The notes under the pieces were generated by a model, which worked only from the letters and a program-made list of their open reading frames with translations, was not told where the DNA came from and ran no database searches. From assembly GCA_018649885.1 (NCBI GenBank), contig JABIHA010000018.1:62001-114353 (forward strand): a DNA stretch of 52,353 bases. Direction: 5' to 3'. This DNA comes from Bacteriovoracaceae bacterium. Its GTDB lineage: Bacteria; Bdellovibrionota; Bacteriovoracia; Bacteriovoracales; Bacteriovoracaceae. How positions within the stretch are numbered: the first letter of the stretch is position 1; each line of letters starts with the position of its first letter. This document shows positions 45,890 through 52,353 of the stretch, piece by piece. The translations under genes and the position numbers were made by a program.

Positions 45890-48523
45890 TTGCCACTCAA
45901 ACTTGAATCCCACCGTAATTTAGCTACTGAGATCTTGTCCAATTTAGATGAACTAAGGTTCAAAATGTTGGAGAAAGAGGGTCTCACTGAATTTGACTCC
46001 CTGTGTAAGACCTTGGAGCAAGTTGAAATAGTTATTCAATGCGTAACTGATATTCAAGTATTCCTATTAGAAGAATTTGCGAAAGCTCCCTACCTTGAAT
46101 CTCTTTTTGATCGCCAATTTGTCACATTTAAAAATTTTATCAAAGAAGAAGAGATCCTCAAAGTTGGTGTGCTTGAAGATAGCTTGTTTCCAGAAAAACA
46201 TTCGCTTCCTTTTTTTGACGGAGAAGCCTTTTCTGCTGAGCTTGTAAATTCCTACACCGAGACTTTTAAAGACTGGGTTGAAACCTCGATTCAGCTACAT
46301 ATTGAAAGTCAAAATGTCATAAAAGTTGAACTAGACGTTAACTTTAAAACGGCACAACTACCTTGTCATTGCGTTGAATGTTTAGCGGACTTTAGGACTA
46401 AACTCAGAGAAATTGTATATAAAGGCTCACTTGCTCTATATGATGATGCCAAAAGTGAGGCCCTAGAAAGGCTCTCTACCAGCACGTTAGGGCAAATGTC
46501 TGATCTTGTTTATAATGCTCAAAAAGAAGTAGAAAAACTTCTTCACAAGATAAGATTTAAAATGAGAAGAGGCTCATTTAATAAATTACAAACTCAATTA
46601 AAGGGCAAATTCAAAAATTCATTCTATCCCTCAAGTGAGCTAGGCCTTGAATATAAAAAGAAAATTAGATTCAATCTAGATAACCAGCTTTCAATTGATG
46701 GATATCAATCTGATTTGGTTTCTGAGGAAATCTTTGATCGGTATTTTCATCAGCTTGGTAAAAACCTATGGAGAAATGAACGATTTTATATTGCTGAGTT
46801 TGATAAACTTATTAAATCGGTTCTTTCATTTAAAAGAACAGATATTTCAGCGAATATTCTAAGGGAATATCTAGGACAGTTTTGGCTTCATTCTGAAGCT
46901 AGACTTATGAAAAGACATATTGTTTATCATATGGGTCCTACTAATTCAGGAAAGACCTACCACTCCATTCAAGAGCTTCTGGCCTCTAAAACTGGCTGTT
47001 ACTTGGCCCCTTTGAGATTACTCGCAGCTGAGTTATACGACACTCTCAACGCTGGTGGGGCGGTGACAAAGCTCTTAACAGGCGAAGAAGTTATCGAAAC
47101 GCCTGGAGCAACCCATATCTCTTCCACAATAGAGATGGCCAGGCTCAATGAAAAATTTGATTGCTGTGTAATAGATGAAATACAGATGATCACTGACCAG
47201 CAAAGAGGCTGGGCATGGACTAGAGCGCTTGTTAACATCCAAGCACCAGAAATACATGTATGTGGTGACCCCAGTGTATTTGAAATGGTCAAAAAAATAT
47301 GTGATCTTTGCGGTGATACTCTCGAAGTAAAAAATTATGAGAGGATGACCGAATTATTAGTTGAGAAAAAACCAATCACTCTTGTGGATTTAGAAAAAAA
47401 TGATGCTCTGATTGTTTTTTCCAGAAGAAATGCTCTGAAATTTAAATCAGATCTAGAACATTTAAATTTTAAGGTTTCTATTGTCTATGGTCGCCTAAGC
47501 CCTGAAGTAAGAAGGGAGCAAGCTAGAAAATTTGATCAAGGTGAAACTGATATTATTGTGGCCACTGATGCCATTGCCATGGGAATGAACCTTCCAATTA
47601 AGAGAATTGTATTTTCAACGCTTAGAAAATATATAAATAATGCAGAATATGTTTTATCAAATAGTGAAATTAAGCAAATTGCAGGAAGGGCCGGGAGATA
47701 TAAGAGATTTCCTACTGGCTACGTATCTTGTTTAACAAAAGAAGAAAATGGCATAACTACAATTGGCAGTGCTATTGGTGCTGAGCTTGAGCAAAAGGCC
47801 AAAGTTATGGTTGGCCCTGACTTGGACATTTTCCATAGAGTTAACCAAGCATTAATTAGTAATAACCTAACAGTTTTAAGTCTTTCTGAATTTTTGAATC
47901 TCTTTAATACAATGGATTTTCAAGATCCCTTCTATTGTGTCGAGCTCAAAGAGATGATTGAAATTACTGAAATGGTTGAAACTGCCAATGAAAACTATCA
48001 GTCCCTTAGTGATGCTGAGATTTTTGGATTTTCATGCGCTCCTGTAAACTTGGGGTTGGTCGAGCATGTGCAGTACTTTGTGCATATATTGAATAATTTT
48101 GTTGCTGCAAAATCAATTGTAAATGAAGAGATTGATGGAAATTCAAGTAATATCGATTACCTTGAATCCTCTATTAAATGTGTTGAGCTATACCAGTGGC
48201 TATCAAGACATTTTAATAATAAGCATTTTGAGTTTGATATTATTAAATTACTTCACAATAAATCTCTTGCCATAGAAAAGCTCAATGTTCTTCTCTCAGA
48301 TAAAATTGTTAGGGGCTGTTCTAGTTGTGGAGCAAAGCTTGGGCAAGGACATGATTACAATATTTGTGAAGACTGTTTCAAAAAAAGAAGATTTGCCAGA
48401 AGAAAACCCAGACCTTACGCAAAAGCGGGCGACGGTGGAAATCAAGATCAAAGAAATGAAGGGGGGAGATCTAAGAGTTCTAAATACAAAGGAAAAAGAA
48501 AAAAGAGAAACAATAAAAAATGA
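45890..48523 (+). CDS. Suv3-like SF2 RNA helicase
   Basis: GPTNSGKT, PLRLLA.E, IDEIQM, ATDAI.MG.NL, QIAGRAGR; C-terminal CxxC..CxxC and basic tail. Confidence 0.92.
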   Translation: MPLKLESHRNLATEILSNLDELRFKMLEKEGLTEFDSLCKTLEQVEIVIQCVTDIQVFLLEEFAKAPYLESLFDRQFVTFKNFIKEEEILKVGVLEDSLFPEKHSLPFFDGEAFSAELVNSYTETFKDWVETSIQLHIESQNVIKVELDVNFKTAQLPCHCVECLADFRTKLREIVYKGSLALYDDAKSEALERLSTSTLGQMSDLVYNAQKEVEKLLHKIRFKMRRGSFNKLQTQLKGKFKNSFYPSSELGLEYKKKIRFNLDNQLSIDGYQSDLVSEEIFDRYFHQLGKNLWRNERFYIAEFDKLIKSVLSFKRTDISANILREYLGQFWLHSEARLMKRHIVYHMGPTNSGKTYHSIQELLASKTGCYLAPLRLLAAELYDTLNAGGAVTKLLTGEEVIETPGATHISSTIEMARLNEKFDCCVIDEIQMITDQQRGWAWTRALVNIQAPEIHVCGDPSVFEMVKKICDLCGDTLEVKNYERMTELLVEKKPITLVDLEKNDALIVFSRRNALKFKSDLEHLNFKVSIVYGRLSPEVRREQARKFDQGETDIIVATDAIAMGMNLPIKRIVFSTLRKYINNAEYVLSNSEIKQIAGRAGRYKRFPTGYVSCLTKEENGITTIGSAIGAELEQKAKVMVGPDLDIFHRVNQALISNNLTVLSLSEFLNLFNTMDFQDPFYCVELKEMIEITEMVETANENYQSLSDAEIFGFSCAPVNLGLVEHVQYFVHILNNFVAAKSIVNEEIDGNSSNIDYLESSIKCVELYQWLSRHFNNKHFEFDIIKLLHNKSLAIEKLNVLLSDKIVRGCSSCGAKLGQGHDYNICEDCFKKRRFARRKPRPYAKAGDGGNQDQRNEGGRSKSSKYKGKRKKRNNKK

Positions 48524-49362
48524 ACGAAGATTTAGAGCTAGCTAGATTGATACTTGAATCTACTAATCTCAAAGATAAGCTAATCTTTTTTGAACCCAAA
48601 CCCACTATAACTGATGTACCCCAATATCTTTTGCCAGCCTTACCAGGTAGGAGCAAAAAACACAGTATTACCAACAAAAAAGCTAAGTTTCCCAAGAAGG
48701 GAACTTTAAAAGATCTTAGCCAAAGAGCAAAAGCACTACATTTCTTTGCCAACCATGAACTTTTGGCCATTGAGATGATGGCCGCTGCGTACTTGATGTT
48801 TCCTCAAAAAACTAAAGAAGATCTTCTTTTTAAAAAAGGCTTAATCTCTACACTCATTGATGAACAAAAACATTTTAAACTTTACGTAGAAAGAATAAAT
48901 GAGTTGGGTGTTGAGTTTGGTGATTTCCCACTAGGTGGATTTTTTTGGAGCTTTATGCCAAAAATTAATTCGGTAGAAAGCTATTTGGCCTCAGTCTCTC
49001 TTACTTTTGAAGCCGCCAACCTAGACTTTGCCAAGTATTATATGAACCTGTTTCACGAACTAGGTGACACTAGTTCTGCAGATATTATGAATACTATTTA
49101 TACTGATGAAATTGTCCACGTATCATTTGGTAGAAGTCATATGCAATTGCTTCATTCAAATCAAAAATTATGGGATTCTTATATCGAGTACCTTCCGGAG
49201 CCTCTCACACCTGAGAGATCCAAGGGAATCGAAGTAGATATTGAGGCCAGGGTTAAAGCAGGTCTATCTGATCAGTTTATTAAAAATGTTCAAACTTATA
49301 CAGATGATTTTCCTATTACCAAGAGAAAAGAGTGGAAACAAAACTCTACCGAGTCAATATAG
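48520..49362 (+). CDS. DUF455 ferritin-like diiron protein
   Basis: LHFFANHELLA.E, DEQKHF, FEAANLD, DEIVHV. Confidence 0.85.
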   Translation: MNEDLELARLILESTNLKDKLIFFEPKPTITDVPQYLLPALPGRSKKHSITNKKAKFPKKGTLKDLSQRAKALHFFANHELLAIEMMAAAYLMFPQKTKEDLLFKKGLISTLIDEQKHFKLYVERINELGVEFGDFPLGGFFWSFMPKINSVESYLASVSLTFEAANLDFAKYYMNLFHELGDTSSADIMNTIYTDEIVHVSFGRSHMQLLHSNQKLWDSYIEYLPEPLTPERSKGIEVDIEARVKAGLSDQFIKNVQTYTDDFPITKRKEWKQNSTESI

Positions 49363-50324
49363 ATTACGAAGCTGCTCTTGGTGATCCACAATACCAAAAA
49401 GACAGTGAGAAGTATCAAAAGCTATGCCGTGAATGGGAATGGATATTTTTATGGTGTGGGGACGCTGATCAAACCCTTGCAAGCTGTAGACAAAAAAAAT
49501 ACTCTGAAGACTATCTCGCATTTGTAAAGAAAATGAGGGGATTTATACCGGCCGTGGAATATAATGCTCTAAAATCAGAAAATTGGTGGGGGAAACTCCA
49601 AAATCTTAAGTTAGAGAAAACTCTGAACTCTAAGGTATTTTCTAGTAACTTACTAAAAGAAATTGGGGTTGATATTCCAGGTTGTGGGATAGCTCATTCG
49701 GCTAAAGAGGCCCAGCAAATTTTAACTAGAGATTCCACCTCCGTTTTTAAAAAGAATCTATCTTTTTCAGGAAAAGGACATCTATTTATAGAAGATAAGC
49801 TCAAAATAGATGCTGAGCTTAGTAGGGGAGAGATGGTCTACAACCCTTGGTTTGAAAGGGTAAGTGACTTTAGTATCTTATTTAGGCCTATGGGGGAGAG
49901 ACATCACTTCATCCAAAAAATTTCAAATCGCGGTAATTATCAGGGCTCCACTTATTTAGAAAATCAACAGGCCTTAGCAGACCATCTGAAGTCTCAATTA
50001 ATAAATGACAATATGATCAATTGGTATTTTGAAAAGATCGATCTAATTTACAAAAAAGTTCAAGGATTGAGTGGTATAGAAGATCCAATATTTGGCATTG
50101 ATTCTTTTCTCTACAGGGAAAATGAAACTAGTAAGGTATTTCCAATGTGCGAGATCAATTACAGAAGAAGTTTAAACGGTGTTTTATACTCGTTATCAAA
50201 AACATTTAACTCTTCCAAAAGTGTTTCCGCTCAAATTTATAGAAAAAGTGAGCAAAAGGGCCCAAGTGGAATAATAGTTTCACCTAAAGATAACCTTTTC
50301 ACATACTACCTTCAGATCGCCTGA
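49332..50324 (+). CDS. Hypothetical protein with ATP-grasp-like motifs
   Basis: LNSK, VFK...SFSGKG, PW..R..DFS, GID, CEINYR. Confidence 0.6.
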   Translation: METKLYRVNIDYEAALGDPQYQKDSEKYQKLCREWEWIFLWCGDADQTLASCRQKKYSEDYLAFVKKMRGFIPAVEYNALKSENWWGKLQNLKLEKTLNSKVFSSNLLKEIGVDIPGCGIAHSAKEAQQILTRDSTSVFKKNLSFSGKGHLFIEDKLKIDAELSRGEMVYNPWFERVSDFSILFRPMGERHHFIQKISNRGNYQGSTYLENQQALADHLKSQLINDNMINWYFEKIDLIYKKVQGLSGIEDPIFGIDSFLYRENETSKVFPMCEINYRRSLNGVLYSLSKTFNSSKSVSAQIYRKSEQKGPSGIIVSPKDNLFTYYLQIA

Positions 50325-50379
50325 GTATTGGAACCTCGTTTGCAACCTACCTAGCTAAATAGAAATAACAAGGTATATA

Positions 50380-51627
50380 GTGGGAATTTTCAATAAATTT
50401 ATAGGCAGGTGTCTAAAAACTAGTCAGTTTCTAGTATTTTCTTTGGCCGTGATGGCTTCTTTTAGCACGCATGCGCTATCGCCCTTTGATTGGTTTGGAG
50501 AAAAAGATCCAGATAATATGTCCTCATTTCAAATTAGTATGGAGGTCTTAAAGACCTTTTACGATGATAATGGTGATTATAGAGGGGTTGGAAGCACTAT
50601 TGATGGCTCATATGCAAAAGTTGGATTGAGAGCAAACCTTGAGGCAATTTTATTCCCAGATGATAAGGGGCGCTCGAAGGTGCATGTGTTTTGTTCTCCT
50701 TCAGTTGGACTAGAAAGTAACCCTGAAATAACCGCACATATCCACCTCATAAGAACCTTTGGCTGTGAAAAACCTGAGGATTATACGGGAAATTTTTTGA
50801 CACTTGATCTTGGTATGATGGGTCCCGTTTATGGCCCTATTATGGCCGGTGGAAGCGTCAACTTTAGTCATGGCATTGATATGTTAAAATTGGTGCAAGG
50901 CCTGAGAGAAAGTGGATTTTATTATAGAAAATTTATATTTGAGCAGCCTCAAGTATTCTCGATTCTCCTGAGATCCATTGGAGGATATATAAAAAGCGGT
51001 GACCCCATCAAACAAATGTCAGCACTAGTTTTGACTTCTTTAATTGATGGTCTTACTGGCAGTAACCGTTTTGGGACCATGGTATTCAATCAATATAAAA
51101 ATTTTATTTTTGAATATGAAAAGCTGGCAAATACACAAAGCTCTCCCACAAAAGAGATATTAAATAATGCTATAAGATCCCTTGAAGGTGTTAAAGATCA
51201 AATTCCACATACATTGCTTTTACTGAGATTCCTTTCTAACTCATTAACTGGATGTGATGCTGCTACAATTAATCTTTCTGCAGGACTGACGACCCCAGTG
51301 CCTCAGGTAAAAGTATTTCTTACTTATTATTCAGAGTATAGCTCATTTGATTACCAAGATAAATCTGATTGGTTTGAATTATCACAATTTTTGCTGGCTT
51401 CACGAACTGATAGGCTCTTCGCAGCTAAATTAGCAGTTGATATTTTCGGCAGGTGCATTAAGCCCATGGCCACAGACAAGTGGATTCGCTATCTCCAAAC
51501 GTTCGAATTGGTAAAAGATAATGCAGGGACTACTGTGGATGAAGGCGTTGACACTGTTAAGGCAATTCCAGGAACAGTTAAGGGCATTCCTAGAACTTTA
51601 AATGATACTCTTTTAAAATTTTTCTAG
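50380..51627 (+). CDS. Exported hypothetical protein
   Basis: Signal-like segment (STHA/L); long ORF with no recognised family. Confidence 0.72.
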   Translation: MGIFNKFIGRCLKTSQFLVFSLAVMASFSTHALSPFDWFGEKDPDNMSSFQISMEVLKTFYDDNGDYRGVGSTIDGSYAKVGLRANLEAILFPDDKGRSKVHVFCSPSVGLESNPEITAHIHLIRTFGCEKPEDYTGNFLTLDLGMMGPVYGPIMAGGSVNFSHGIDMLKLVQGLRESGFYYRKFIFEQPQVFSILLRSIGGYIKSGDPIKQMSALVLTSLIDGLTGSNRFGTMVFNQYKNFIFEYEKLANTQSSPTKEILNNAIRSLEGVKDQIPHTLLLLRFLSNSLTGCDAATINLSAGLTTPVPQVKVFLTYYSEYSSFDYQDKSDWFELSQFLLASRTDRLFAAKLAVDIFGRCIKPMATDKWIRYLQTFELVKDNAGTTVDEGVDTVKAIPGTVKGIPRTLNDTLLKFF

Positions 51628-51630
51628 AAT

Positions 51631-52353
51631 TTATTTTCGACATCTCTTAGGTGAAGGCAAAATTTGGTCAATATTATTGGTCTGCATTTGAATGCAGTCA
51701 GTTGCTGTTTCGTATACTTGAATTTCTACACAAGCAGGTTTTCTTCCATTTTGCCTAGACCACTTTCTATTTTTCTCGCATCCGAAAAAGCTTTGTTTTC
51801 CAAGGCATGCCCAGTGTTTTCCGGCACAGTTGTATACTAGACCTCGGCCTTGATCGTTATAGTTGGGTGGCTTTGTATAGGGAATAACAACTTGTGATTT
51901 TTCTTGTTTTTCAACTTCCCTTTCTAATATTCCTAGAAGATCGCTCACAGGGTCAGAGTTAGATCCAGGTTTACCAGCACTGCTTAGGACCCCACTATCT
52001 GCCTCATCTTCTTCCTCTTCTTCGTCCTCATCGTCATCACTATCTTTAGATGTTGCCTTGGCCACTTTAGGCTCGTCTTCATCCTCATCTTCATCGCCGT
52101 CATCATCACTATCTTTGGCCTTGGCCACTTTAGGTTCGTCTTCGTCTTCGTCCTCATCCTCATCTTCGTCGCCATCATCATCACTATCTTTGGCCTTGGC
52201 CACTTTAGGCTCGTCTTCGTCTTCATCCTCGTCTTCTTCTTCGTCCTCATCGTCATCACTATCTTTAGATGTTGCCTTGGCCACTTTAGGCTCGTCTTCA
52301 TCCTCATCCTCGTCTTCATCCTCATCTTCATCTTCATCTTCATTTTTTACAAT
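51631..52353 (-). CDS. Hypothetical protein with acidic repeats and Cys-rich C-terminal domain; 5' end outside the window
   Basis: Frame stays open past 52284 to the window edge (IVKNEDEDED...); C-terminal YNC..KHWAC domain. Confidence 0.8.
   Translation of the reverse strand: MVKNEDEDEDEDEDEDEDEDEPKVAKATSKDSDDDEDEEEDEDEDEDEPKVAKAKDSDDDGDEDEDEDEDEDEPKVAKAKDSDDDGDEDEDEDEPKVAKATSKDSDDDEDEEEEEDEADSGVLSSAGKPGSNSDPVSDLLGILEREVEKQEKSQVVIPYTKPPNYNDQGRGLVYNCAGKHWACLGKQSFFGCEKNRKWSRQNGRKPACVEIQVYETATDCIQMQTNNIDQILPSPKRCRK
51998..52341 (-). repeat. Coding tandem repeat EPKVAKA(TS)KDSDDD-(DE)n, 4 units
   Basis: Recurring GCCTTGGCCACTTTAGG with variable-length TCATCC/TCGTCT spacers. Confidence 0.9.

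Noticed and set aside
51984..52343. CRISPR-like array, or the MKMKMK alternative ORF
   Set aside because: Spacers are low-complexity D/E codons in one open frame, no cas genes are present, and the alternative ORF is a frame shadow.

Overview
AT-rich bacterial chromosome segment. Gene content and protein style suggest Bdellovibrionota (Bacteriovoracia, Halobacteriovorax-like); this is an inference, not a database result. The core backbone runs: site-2 protease, trpS, scpA, scpB, rluB; an initiator tRNA-Met; iorAB-type molybdoenzyme; glycosyltransferases; acyl-CoA dehydrogenase; a two-component system plus DsbA; RlmL-like methylase, thrB, ahcY, rpiB; DtxR-family regulator; M3 and M28 peptidases; and a Suv3 helicase / DUF455 / ATP-grasp-like operon. 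The main accessory feature is an ~8.35 kb element integrated in the tRNA-fMet gene (58-bp perfect att repeat, 8071-8128 and 16419-16476). It has a phage-satellite-like layout: integrase, excisionase, a helicase with no recognisable primase domain that ends in an SSB-like DDIPF tail, an iteron ori, a TerS-like HTH protein, XRE repressor plus membrane protein, serine resolvase, Arc-like protein, and AlbA_2/ATPase cargo. Signals missing from the ORF track include a 32-bp repeat bracketing int, a 32-aa Arg/Lys-rich ORF resembling small basic ribosomal proteins, a candidate 3'UTR sRNA with an anti-SD loop behind dsbA, shared response-regulator boxes, a Fur-like box, and an A9 tract splitting an ankyrin gene. 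All family assignments are from motif recognition by eye.
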